In this document: in pieces, positions 35,779 to 48,213 of the stretch | Layout: every line of letters begins with the position of its first letter | Position numbering within the stretch: position 1 is the first letter of the stretch | DNA from: Eimeria praecox | Taxonomy: Eukaryota | DNA: 64,000 bases | Reading direction: 5' to 3' | Assembly (NCBI GenBank): GCA_963920595.1 | Contig: OY986947.1 | Span: 2,480,001-2,544,000 of the forward strand | Translations under genes and position numbers: made by a program | The notes under the pieces: generated by a model | Told to the model about the DNA's origin: nothing | Databases searched by the model: none | Seen by the model: only the letters and a program-made list of their open reading frames with translations

Positions 35779-38340
35779 ATCCAGGGATGAAGCTGGGGCT
35801 GCATGATGCTAGACCCAGGAACGTCCGAGCGTCCGTGCGTGTGAACAGGGATAGCGACCACATCAAAATCGCTTCTATCTTTCCCATATCTGGTTCGAAT
35901 CGTGCGGCAGAGACGCGAAGGCATAAGAACCTAGATGCTTTTGCATGAAAAACAAGCAATTCTGTACTTCCACGAGCCACTGCTACTTCTGGAGCAGCAG
36001 TAGAAAAATCCGCTACAGGTGCAGCAAATGCTGTTGCATATTCAGGCTGAACACGAGCATATCATCCATGCATATGACCATCAGCCCCTCACTGATAGCG
36101 ACGTCTTCCTGACCCCAAGAAGCCATAATTGTCCTGTTCCTGCAGTTCTGCAGATGAATTCACGAACCAAAAGGGCATACAGGTGTACTCTAATTTGCAC
36201 TTGTGGGCGTGGAATAGAGTCTTGCTCCGGGATGTACTGGGACCTGCACAAGGCAACAGCTAAGTCATATGATGAATAGACAGCTGAGTACTGCAACTGG
36301 CCAAGCGGTTCGTCGATCCGGTGCATCAGAAACGTCTGTTTCACCGTGATTTCATTAAGGGGCTTGATGCCTTGCGCACATACGCCACCTCTCATCCATT
36401 TGCTTCGCGAACACTGGAGTGTGTTCAAAGGCTCTAGCTGACTGTTGAACCTTGCTTTTTTATTAGTTATTCTGCTTGCCATTCGAATTCCAGTTCAAGA
36501 AGTGGGCGTAACCGGTACCTTGGAACAAAGGTTGTTGCTGCGGCGGGAATGAGTTCAATGGGGCGCCTTGAGCGTGCAGCGAGTTGCCACCTCTCTGGCA
36601 GTCCCTTGTTTCTGAGTACATCGGAAAATTCCTCCTTCAGTTTTTCTCCCATTTGCTTTTCACCGTCTCTTAACTGGATTGAGCCCTACGAAACTGTGGT
36701 CTTCGTAGGATGTACATGCATTTCTCTGTCCTTCCCTGCAGTGTCTCTGCACTGCGTAGGAACCTTCTCGTTCCTTTCTCCCTGGGGCACTCACCCTACT
36801 GACCTTACCGCAGAGGACGCAAATGCAACTGGGAGTGCTGATAGGCGTATGTCATCGCCTCCTGGCATATGAACATCCATAGTACCGTCTGGAGGCCCCA
36901 TGTGCGCCGTTGCGCTGAGTCTGCCACGGCATATCTAGGATTGTGCCTTGGCGAATTGGTCTAGCATAGAAGCCCTGCGTCACAGGGATATGACCCATTT
37001 CTGAATAGAGCTCGCATTTTACGCCCATAGCTGTCCCAGTTGCCTTGTCTACCGTCCGCACAGCGTAATCGCAGAGACTGAGCCAACCAACAAACTGATA
37101 GGCCTCACCTTCTCGCAGTAGCTTTACACGTCAGATCCTCTTTTCAGCCTGTGTCAAGTAGCGCTACAAAGTCCTGACCATAAATGTTAACTTGGATAGA
37201 CACTGAGTCAGCTCGAAGAGGATCAGCTGATGAGCGTGCCGCCTCTGCCAGCCCAGTCACTGCGCCGCACGCTGCGTGGGGTCCAGAGCGCTTCCCTAAC
37301 TACTTCGGTTATCCTGCTGGATGCGTTAGTCGAACTCCTGCTCTCGTAACTTCGTAGAGTCTCCCTTGAGTCTCGATTCTCGAATTACATGGCATTGCTT
37401 GTTGTAAAGAAGCAGCTGCGCTGGTCGGTACTTCCTGCAGGTTTCTTGGATGCCGAATTCACTGGCCGCTCTAGGTTACCGCTTCTAATTCCTTTCTCCG
37501 TTTGTCCAGCAGTAGCAGTCCCAATATTCCAACTCTTAATCTGGATCATTCCCAAACCCGCTTATTTCTTGTTAGCTAGGACTGTGGAAGCGGCACTTTT
37601 TTTCTTGCTTTTATGCGAAGGTGCTCCATCATTTCGGCGGCTTCAACAATTTCACCCATCATTTCCTTATTAACACGGCCCAACTCGTTACCGAACGCCT
37701 CTCTTCAGGAGATAGCTCTGCTAGGAGCTAATAACATAGGTGCTCCGTGCCCTCTGCGGGGCTTCTCTCCACCTCTGACTGAAACTCCTCTGCATTGAGT
37801 TCTAAAGTTTCCTCAGTTTTTGCATAGCCTACTCCCCTGCACTCCTGGGAATAAACGTGCATCGCAGATCACCGCGGAAGGTCTGCATGGCTATGATTTG
37901 CTCCGGGAAACCAGAATCTTTGCTTCGGTATCGCCGCCATCGTTGTCTGCCGCCTTCTAGTAGAGAAGATGCCCATATCGACTGTAGATTCTCCAGTGGA
38001 TTTCGAAGACGAAGGCATGAGCTGAGGGAACCAAGGAAGTCCTGTACTCCCTCCGCAGCACGGCTACCGTCATATATGGATGGTCGGTAGAGGTATTCTA
38101 CATGGATTATTCTTCGTATGAATGCACTTTCCACCAAATGGGTTGCGCAAAGCTACGCTTTTTATTTTCAGCGGGTCTCTCCACGAAGGGTTGGCTAGCC
38201 AGCCGCGGGCAGGTAATGACCAGCATACATTATGCAGGGAGAAAGTGCTGAGGCCTTAATAAGGATTTTCTAAAGAACATTTAAGGGTCGTTTTCGAATT
38301 TGTTCTGCCTTCTTTTCATAAGCTATTGTTGCGCACTAAG
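35779..38340 (-). mobile_element. Decayed Ty3/gypsy retrotransposon copy 2 (gag-like, protease, RT; truncated inside RT)
   Basis: Near-identical to 21059-23620 at offset 14720, with the same broken reading frames. Truncated on the left at ATCCAGGGATGAAG. Confidence 0.9.
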
Positions 38341-38519
38341 CTGGTCTCCTGCGGGGGATGCTTTTGGTTGGCCGCGCATGCAGCGATAACTTGTGGGCCG
38401 TGATGTGCTACCAATTCTGACGAGACTTCTCTATGAGCCGAAGAGAACCGCAACACGCTATAGAACGGCACTCTTAAAGTTAGGGTTGGAAAAACTCAAC
38501 TGACCTCCCCTCCACTATC

Positions 38520-38672
38520 CAGGAGCTGTGGGCACGGCGGACCAAGGGCCTCAAGCTGGTGCAGACGCCGGCCGGCCTGCCACGGGGAGCAACGCGCCTT
38601 GCTGCAGCTAGTACTGCAATAGCTCCCCACATGCGCACACAGACACACACACATACGCACACATGCATACAT

Positions 38673-38752
<80 letters not shown>

Positions 38753-38860
38753 CCGATCCTCTTGCTACGTGCGTTCGCTGTGTAGATTGTATTGCCGACG
38801 ATTGTTGAACACCTGCTTGGGCTTCCATAGTCAGCCAGCAAACAAGTTGAGATATAAGTA
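38520..38860 (-). repeat. LTR-like repeat copy containing an expanded (CA)n microsatellite
   Basis: GCAACGCGCCTTGCTGCAGCTAG..CCCCACATGCGCACAC(AC)n..GCACACAGCC; (CA)n at ~38636-38750 sits where other copies have a short CACA. Confidence 0.7.
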
Positions 38861-39709
38861 CCATCACCACACATTCTCCAATGGGCTGCTAACACCTGGC
38901 TGCTCGTGCGGCGTACATAAACCTCAACGTTCCAACTCCCTGCCGAGAACGCCAATACTGCCTGAACCTTTATTCGTCTCCCCATTTTTCAATGCTATCC
39001 TCTTCGAAGTTATTGAAAGAAAACTTCACAGCACTCTTTTGCAGGGCCCCCCTCGGCCCCCGCACTTGGGGCTGGCAGCGCATGCAACAGAAGGGTTCAG
39101 ATGGCTAACGGGGGCCCTATTGAGGGGCCCCTTGTTTGCGTACATATGATGAAAAAGAAATTGCTGCTTTTGGGAATGTTTTTCTTTTATTTCAGCTGAG
39201 GTGTACGCACACCTCACCGCTGCTTCTTGCAGCAACCAACTACCCGCGTCTCCCCGCGTGGTTTACGTTGCTTTCCTTGTCTTTCTTTCCTCTTATCAGA
39301 AATAAGCCAATAAACTTCCATCAGAAGAAACGCCTGAAATGTGTATGGGCGCCGCACGCCATCTTTAAGTCTTCTTTTAACATCGCTACTGTCGAAGCAT
39401 CAGATGAGTGGACGGCAGGTGCTGCACGGGGGAATACGAAACCTGAAACCCCACGCCTGAATGTTGATATTTGGCCTTATATGCGTGAATATTGGTGATT
39501 GCGGCATTTGACAGAGCTCCAGACCCTAGACCTAAAGTCAAAACCCTACACGCTAGACCTCGAACCCTTGCACCTCGAAGTAGGCTTCAGCTGCCTGCAA
39601 ACCGCGCGACAAGAACCCAGGCTAGGGTTAAGGGTTTAAGGCGAAGGATTAAGGGTCTTCTGGGCGAGATGGAAGTGGAGCAGAGGACAGCAGTTCGTGC
39701 AGCGCAGCC

Positions 39710-42700
39710 ATGAGAACCCTCGAAGAGTGAGACAAGCAAGCCAAGCCTACAGCCTAATCCCTCGGCCCTAAGCCTTATACCCTCACATTGCTTGCTTAAA
39801 AGCCCTAGGTTTTGTTTATCATCCTGTTGTTTACAGCCGGGGGCGCAGGTTTAGGGTGGAAGCTGTGAGGCGCATATTTTTCCCGTTCAGGTTTTGGGGT
39901 GTAGGGGTTAGGGTTTAGGTTTTAGCATTTTGTGCAGGCTGCACTGCCACACTGTGGCGGAGTTGAGTGCCGCCTGTCGCGCTTTGGGCCTGCCGGTAAA
40001 GGGACTGAAGAAGGACCTCGTGGGCCGCCTCATGGCTTTTGAAAAGTAAAGAAACCCTGAACCTTGAACCCTCCACACGGCTATTCATGCGAACAGCATG
40101 CAGACAGCTAGGACGTACATGCTCACAAACTTCTAAAAATTAAGAAATTAGGGTTTGGGGGCTAAGGGCTGCGAAGAGGAGTGTAGCAGCTCGTGCTGCA
40201 AAGCTTCCTCCTGTTTGGATTCACAGCACCCTCAAACCTTAAACCCTAGATCCTTCTGTGGCTCTGCTTCAGAACCCGAGGGCCTCTGCCTCCTGAAGTT
40301 CTCCATCGGCGGCCGCTTCACAGGCAGCGACATCCCCCGCCGCCGCCGCCGCCCCAGCAGCAGCAGCAGCAGCAGCAGCATGTGAGCCCCCGTCGGGTGT
40401 ACATACAGCCCGGCGGGCCCATGGAAGAGCCTTCCGCTGCTAATTATCATCAGAGGGCAAAGCACCATTTTCTTCAATATCAGCAGCAACAGCAGCTCTT
40501 GCTTCAGCAGCACCAGCATCTGCAACAACAACATCTACAGCAACAGCAGCACCTTCAGCAGCAACAGCGGCATGGGGGGGTCCTTCCAGCCAGCCAAGCA
40601 GCTAGCCAAGCAGCTAACCAAGCACCGACACGGCACTACGGAGGGCCCCAGATGCCTCGGAATGCCTTGGCTGCTTCAAATACCCGTAAGATGCAGCAGC
40701 AGCTTCATCAGAAACAGAGGGGGTGGATGCTGCAGCAGCAGCTGACACATTACGTTTGGGTGTTGCTTTTGCTGGACTCAGGCAACGCTTGTGCTACGGG
40801 GAGGGAGTGCATATGTGGAGATCGGCTGTCTCCTCAGCAACAGCAGCTGCTGCTACAGCAGCAGCAGCCGCTGATAGGCTGCCCTGTGTGCGGCGCTCGC
40901 TGCGTGAGTATTTTGTGTAACTGCCATCGCTGTTTGCGTAAAAGCCTTTGGATGCTGCTAATTACCAGTTGCGGGGGCGCATGCAGGGGTGGGCGGATAT
41001 TAAGGTGTACGTACAGGGCGTTCCTGCTTGCTCGTGTGTTTCTCTGGTGGTGCCTGATTGAGGCGCGGGGTTGGGGCTGTTTAGCTGCTTCTGTCTGTGA
41101 AGAAACGATGGGACACAGCCAGCAAAGGGATGTGCGTGTGCTGCTCCTACTGGTGCAGCATCGTGTCTGCTACGGCCTGTCGGAGGACAAAAACCCAGCG
41201 GATTTCATATGTGGGGCCTGTCATTTGAAGCTGATGGATCCGTTTTACCCCGCGGTGAGTTCAGGTGTACGTACAGCTCAGTTTCTTTTGCGATGTGTTG
41301 GTTGTGGCTGCTTCATCATTGCTGTGTCTGTTCATAGGAGCGCATTAAACAGATGCGCGGCCTTGTGTGCGTTGGGGTGTACCTACAGGCGCAGGTCTTC
41401 ATGTTGTCTCCCCTTGAAGATTCTTTGGCTGTCTCTCTAGACGCCACAGATATCAAAAGCTGGAGGGCTCAAGGGAAGGAAATTGTTATTCGGTGCTGTC
41501 AGGCCCAAACCCCTAAGCATATACAAACCTGGCCGCGCACCGTCGAGGTCCTCGTAAACGGTCGTGTGCGTACACCCGAAACCCTAGACACTAAATCCTA
41601 GGTGCCAGCGGAAATCGACAACCCACCCAGAACACGCGCTTCCGCACTCGCCCAAAGGCTGCTCATCTGAGGGCGGAGCTGCAGCAAACGCATGCTGCTG
41701 CTGTTATTCATATGTTCTTTTTGCTCTGTTGCATCCGCTGCTGCAGCTGGAAGAAAGCGTCGCTGCACCTTCTTGGGAACACAAGAGGAGGGACACGCCA
41801 ATTGTGGTGGGGCCTCTACACCCTAAGCCTTAAATGCTAGCTTTTACTGTAGGGGGCTAGCGTGTTCTGTAGCGCTATGGCCTTCACGGCGTGTAGTTAG
41901 GGCTTAAGGTTGGGGCTTTGGGGTTTAAGGCTTGATGATTGGGGTTTGGTGTGGGGTTTGCTGCAGATAACACAATACTTGAGGAGTGGGCTCAACCAAG
42001 TTGATATAAATACAACAAACTTCACGCCAGACCCAAAATTGTTTTTTATCGCTGTTCTCTTGGTGGACACCAAAACTCCGGAGGCCCTGGAGGTATTCCA
42101 GCCCCTAAAACCCTAAACCCTAATTCTGGAGCTTGACTGCCCCAAACTCTGAACCCTACACTGTAAACTCGAGTTCTGGAGCCTAGACAGCGCAGACGCT
42201 GCACCCCAACTTTGGTGCCTGGAATCCTAAACCCTAAATCCTAAACCCTAATTGAGGTGCCTTAGGGGAAACCCTCAGTGACTGAAAGGCGAGCGGGGGT
42301 TTGTCTCTGCCTTGTCTAGCTTTAGGGCTTTTCCTGTTATGGCGTGCTCCTTTCAGGCGTCCGTTGTAGAGCAGCACACCCTTCCTGTAGGAGCGGCAAG
42401 AGAACGCGTGCAGCGGCTGCTGCAGGGACAACAGCAAAAGCAGGAACAGCAGCAGGAGCAGCAGCACCAGGATGATGCAGACAGCGACGAAGAGGTGCAG
42501 TGCCTTGAAGTGGGGAGGCGGCTGAAACTCATCTGCCCTGTTACGTTCACCAGGTAAACCCTAAATCCAAGGCCCTGAAAGTTCCTGAATCCTCTTTCCT
42601 AGTTAGCCAGTCTTAGGCCACATTTGCCGATATGTTGCTAAACCGGGGTTCTGTCAGACGGGGTTTGGGGTTTTGGTCAGACGCGAAACCCTAAACCCTT

Positions 42701-45700
42701 GGCATGGGCTGGGAAGCTTTAATTCAGTATTTGCTGAGGGTTTATGGTTTGGGGCTGGGACGGCTAAGGGCTTTTTTTTGTGGATTGTGTGGGGGTGGCT
42801 GCATTGAAGGATCGAAATCCCGTGTCGAGGCCGTCTTTGCATGCATCTTCAGTGCTACGATCTCAGCGGGTATCTGCTGGTCTCGCGGAGTACCAAAGCC
42901 TTTAACAGCCGCTGGAGATGCCCCCAGTGTCACTTAACGGTCCTTCCATCCGACTTGCAGGTTGATGGCTTCTTCCAGCACCTTCTTTCTCAGACGAAAG
43001 AAGAAGATATCGAAGTGGAGTTACAGGCGGTCCGCTGCCCCCCTACACGCCCTCAATTTTGGGGTCTGGAACTTAGGGTTTAGGGTTTAGGGTTTGTACA
43101 GCTAATGGCGGACGTTTGAACGGCTAGAGCCTAGGGTCTGCATTTTGGGGGGACTTTTGCTCAGGAGGAGGATTGAGGGTCTAGGATTTAGGGTTTAGAA
43201 CCTAGGGCTTCTGGATTAGGGTTTACGGTTTGGGGAGGATTCGGGGCTTTGCGTGTCTTTGCTCCTTGCTGGGCGCTTGGCCTTTCTTCGCGTTTGTTTC
43301 ACCTTGTCTGTCTCTTTGGTGGTGTGCCTTGTGCTGGGTATATATAAGGGTTAGAACTTTAGGATTTAGGGTTTGGCAATGGGCTTTCTCTGGAACAGCC
43401 GCGATGGCGATGAAGATGTATCTGGACAGAGATATATCTGAAGAGACAAACAAATAAACCCGGGGTGATTGGTGTGCGCTACTTCAGGACTTGTCCTTCA
43501 GGGTTTTATCCGATGAAGAACTGAAGGCGGAGTCGAAAAGAGCAGAACAGCAGAGACAACTCGCGGCGGAGGCGCTCCTCAAACCCCAGGGAGAGGTCAG
43601 ACTTTGGGGTTTAGGATCTAGGGTCCAGGGTTTAGGGTTAAGGGTCTTTCATGCTCGCCAGCTCTCTTTTGTGCTTCATTGGGATGCAGGAGGCGGAAAC
43701 AACTGGGAAAGTGGCATTTGAAGTCGTCGACATGCGTCAGTCTCTCCCTAAAGCCTGAGTGCTAAACCCTAAGCCCTGAACCCTGCCTCTGGCCTGTGCC
43801 GGCCAGTGCTCATCTGAGTGCCTTCGTATTTTTCGTGATGAACAATGCTCAAGACGCAAGAACCATTTTGGTGCTGGCTCCGTTGTCTCTTGTCGATTGT
43901 ATATGCTGCAGTCAGCGACAGCGAAGCCGAAGACACGCCAGCAGCAGCAGCAGCAGGGTCGTCGGCGACAGCCGCAGCACCAACAGCCGCAGGGGAGTCT
44001 TCTGCAGCATGCCAGGATCCGACTGGTGCGACCTGTGAAGGTGCTGCTGCAGAGGAACAGCGAAGGCCCGTTGCTGCTGCTGGCAGCAGCAGCAACAGCA
44101 GCAGCGGCACTTCGGAGGAGGAAGGTGAGCTCAGCAGGTGCTGCCAAGTTTGCTTCTGTGCTGTCACTTCTTGTGCATACACTAGGAGTTAAGCACTAGC
44201 TTGTTTGTCCCTGATTCAATGGCGGGGACTTGCGAATTAGGGTTAGAGTTTAGGGCCTAGGGCTTGGGTGGGTGTTCAGAAGACGGGCCTCTTATGAAGC
44301 GGCAGCGGCGCTTGGAATCTCCAGGAAATGCCACCAGCCAACAGAGGGAAGTACTTTGTCTCTCAGACTCATCTGATGATGAACAGCAGCAGCAGCAGCA
44401 GCAACAGCAACACCAACAGCAGCAGAGTGCAGCAGGTATTTCTGTCAACGACGGTCACACCGGTGACGGGGAGCATCGCACATCAAATGATCAACTACAG
44501 CCGTCGCAGCATTCTGAGCAGCAGCAGCAGCAACAGCAGTCTTCGCAGTCGCAGCAGCAGGAGCTGGTACGGCCACAGTCCCAGCAGCAACAGCCAACAC
44601 AATCTCAGCACCAGCAGCCGCAGCAGCAACCTGACGGTGGTGGTGGTGAGGTTAACGCTCCAATAGCTTTAGACTCAGATACCGATGAGGAAGACAAGCA
44701 GCAACAGCAGCCATCGCAGCATCAACAACAGGGGCAGCAGCCCTCTCAGCAGCAGCCACCGCAGCAACGGCCATCGCAGGAACAACAACAGCAGCAGCAG
44801 CAGCAGTCTCCAGAGGCCCCTCGCGAGGAGGGGGGGAGCCAGCGAACCTCTGAGAGTGTGAGCGACGCACATGCTGCCGGGGAAGGAACTGTGACACAGC
44901 ATGCAGGCAGCAGCAGCAGCAGCAGCGTTAGCGGCAGTAGATGCTCGGACTCGCACGAAAACACAAGCAGCAGCAGCAGCACCAGCAGCACCAGTAGCAA
45001 AGATCGGAGTCTTGGCGACTCCAGTGTGTCTCCAGCTGGCCTCCCCTCAAGCGGTTCAGCGGCTTCGGCTGCTGTCAGCAGCAGCAGCAGCAGCAGCAGC
45101 AGCGGGGAAACGGTGCAGCAAGACATGCCCATGGGATTCGTGACAGAGGCTGCAGCCCTTCTAGAAGAAATCGATTGGTCAGCTGACGGGACCCAGCGAG
45201 ACACAGGGCAAGCCCATGCAGCATCAACACCTGTGGCTGCAGCAGAATCTGCTGCACCAGCTGCTGCTCCGGCTGCTGCTGCTGCTGCTGCTATTCCGGC
45301 TGCGGCACCAGCTGCTGCCCCGGCAGCAGCAGCTGCTGCCGTTCCGGCCGCCGCTACTGCAGCACCGGCTACGGCTGCTGGCACGGCTCCTACGGCGGAT
45401 GCTGCTGCATCGCTGAGAAAGGCTGCTGCGGCTGCAGCGGCCTTTGCAGCAGCAGCAGCAGCAGCAGCAAACTACCCCCAGGTAGGTCAAGGGGGTGCGG
45501 GGTCGCAGGCATCAACGTCAGAGGGCTCCTCGCAGTTACAGCAGAGGCAGCAGCAACAGCAGCAGCAACAGCCGCAGCAGCAACAGCAGCAGCAACCCTT
45601 CATAAGTGAAGAGGGGCTGCTTGCGCTGCAGCAGAGATGCCAACAGGAAATTCTGCTGCGGCAGCGAGAGGCCCTTCTTAGACAGCAACAGCAGCAGCAT

Positions 45701-46290
45701 AAGCTACAGCTGCAGCAGCAGCAGGGGCAGCTGCTCCTCCTGCAGCAGAACAGGTACGCCGCGTTGCAGCGGCACCGGCTGCTGCTGCAGCAACAGCAGC
45801 AACAGCAAGCAGCAGTTCAGGCTATCGGAGCCCCGTGGTTTCTAAACTCCCTACTGCCTGGGGCACAGGATAGCAGCGGCCCTCCTACCCCCCGTGCGTG
45901 GCCGGGTGGACAGCAGCAACCGCAGGTGCAGCAGCAGCAGATGGCGCCGCAACAGCAGATGCCGCAGCAGCAGCAGATGCCGCAACAGCAGCAGATGCCG
46001 CAGCAGCAGCAGATGCCGTCGCAGCAGCAGATGCCGTCGCAGCAGCAGATGCCGCAGCAGCAGCAGATGCCGCAGCAGCAGCAGATGCCGCAGCAGCAGC
46101 AGCAGGTGCCGCAGCAGCAGGAGGTGTCCTCTCAGCTGCAGCCGCAGCAGCACCAGCAGGTGCCGCACCACATACAGCTGGCTGCTCGGCTGCCGCAGCT
46201 GCTGAACATGCGTAATATCCCCAGTTCAGCGCAGGCTACTGTCCGACATCTGCTCACCACAGCGCAAGAACAAGCAGATGAGTTCGCCAG

Positions 46291-46326
<36 letters not shown>

Positions 46327-46348
46327 GCATCGCAGCCTCCAAAATTAG
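39710..46348 (+). CDS. SIZ/PIAS-type SUMO E3 ligase (SAP, PHD-like finger, PINIT-like region, SP-RING/zf-MIZ, long Q/S/A-rich tail), multi-exon
   Basis: SAP: HTVAELSAACRALGLPVKGLKKDLVGRL (39938-40045). PHD-like: CICG..IGCPVCG / HRVCYGL..FICGACH..MDPF. PINIT-like: IQTWPRTVEVLVNG, ITQYLRSGLNQVDI. SP-RING: LKLICPVTFTR / IEIPCRGRLCMHLQCYDLSGYL..WRCPQC..DLQVDGFF (42520-42975). Final exon ends TAG at 46348. Start exons are inferred. Confidence 0.88.
42100..43640. repeat. Intronic clusters of telomere-like TTTAGGG/CCCTAAA heptamers
   Basis: For example 42103-42122, 42225-42250, 43073-43093, 43177-43223 and 43605-43643. Confidence 0.85.
45935..46120 (+). repeat. Coding 18-nt tandem repeat encoding (M P Q/S Q Q Q)n
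   Basis: About 8 copies of cagatgccgcagcagcag-type units in the last SIZ/PIAS exon. Confidence 0.9.
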
Positions 46349-48213
46349 TGCTTACGGAGGCATCCATCTATGAGGGACTAATACAGCAGCAGCAGCAGTA
46401 ATAGTAGCAGATGTTCTCATTGAAGTTTGGATTGGAAGCTGCAGCGCATGCGGACATATTATTGGGGCTAGCTTCACAGCAGCAGCTGCTGCTGCTCAGG
46501 AGCAAGAGTTGCTGCTATGGTGTAGCAACTGTTGTAGAGCTGCAGCAACTGAGACCCTTTTTTAGAGAGAGCTGTTTTCTTGTTGTTAACACCATGAATC
46601 TCGATGGATAAGGTGTAGAAGAAAGCTCTCAAAAGGAAGGAAAGGCCAATTCTTCTCATTCTTCACAGAGACATCAACTTAATTTGTTTAAGAATTTAGG
46701 GCTCCTTGGCCAATGAGAACTCGATTACTAACGGCGTGATGGCAACAGTGATGGAAGGGCATATCCTAAGTTGCCTATACACCCGGGACACTGCTGAATC
46801 GAGATGTTTTTTTGAGAAATCCTCCGCGTGCCACCCAGCCATCAATTGGTCCTGGTGGGAACCGCTTTGAGCGGAATTTAATAACTGCAGATCAGCTAAC
46901 ACCTGAACTTCCGCTTTCTAGGGTTTATTCGTTCTTTTAAATCCGTATAACCCCATTTTAAATACATATTACTTACACGACGCTGGTGTTCACCAGTGGA
47001 CACACCATACACCGGGCGCAGCCGCATTTATGGCGACAAGGAAGGCCTTTTCTTGCTCTTCAGCGCAAATTATGCAACGAATTGCCTGTTAGAAGTACAT
47101 TATTTCGAGAGAAAACCCCAGAGGTGGTGAAGAATACAACGGAGGAACGTATCACATCCGCTCCCCTTCTGGGGGCGTATGGGCCGTGCACTGGCAGCCC
47201 GTAGTAGGCCTCTTTGTCCAGTACGTGAGCGTCCGCGAGCAAATGAATTATTGAAAGGCAAGCAGAAAATATAAAATGCCGCTCAGTTCCTTGAAGTTAC
47301 AATGTTCGTCTCCAGTAGGATGCTGCTCGCCTTCCGACCGCTCGCGGTGAGACTGCGGTGTGGTTCCAGAGGTGTGCACTGCCTGCAAGCGTACCCCGAG
47401 CGAGAAAATAAATAAATGAAATAAACTTATAGTTATTTAAAATGAAATTTAGCGCATTCTCCCATTTGTAAGGCCACAATAGTCAGGAGACGGCCGAGAC
47501 AAACCTGTAGCCGCAAGCTTAGAGCTGCTGGCGGGAGGGTGGTACCCTGAGGGAAGCACACTGCAGCCTTTCAATATTTCATTTTCCTTCCAGTTTTAGC
47601 GTTCAACTTTTAAGTTTTAGTTGCTCAGATTTGGTTTTAAATGCATCAACGAAATGGTTGACTGCCTCAGTTGACGGGTTTTGAGTTGTACGTTAACCGC
47701 TCCCTCGGAGCACCGTTTCCTTCTTTGGCCTTCTTCCTTTCCTCGATGCGTGTGTTTTTTACTGTTTCGTTTAAAATATCAAACAAATTTACTCAACAGA
47801 CTTTTCTAACAGACCTGCTGCCGGTTGCTGACTGCCTGAGGAGCAGCCGAGTGCCGCGCTTGCTGGATTCGCGCTTGCAGCTGCAGCAGCGCTGCTCTCC
47901 GGCAGCTTCTTCTGTCTGTTTTTCCCTCCCAAGTTGCATTTAAGTCTTGTTTTCGTTGCCTCGAGAAGCCAGAGGCTGCAAAGCCCCTGTGAAATTCTCA
48001 TATAGCGGTTTAGGCCGCCCCCTTTGGTGGATTCCCTTCAACTTGAAACTTCGGGGATACTGCCTACCTGTCTGTAGCTACTGGTCTTTTGTTTTATTAG
48101 TTATATAGTGTTTTAATTATCGTGTCATCGAGGAGGATCGTCCGGGAAGATCCTTCTGTCTATGCCATCAACCGTCGTTTTCTGAATTTGCACTTGAATC
48201 GCCGCTGCCAACG

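Noticed and set aside
44652..46215. Poly-A/L/C/S alternative-frame ORFs over the SIZ/PIAS and Sec7 genes (also 58996-61330)
   Set aside because: CAG/CTG repeats lack stops in most frames, producing spurious ORFs.
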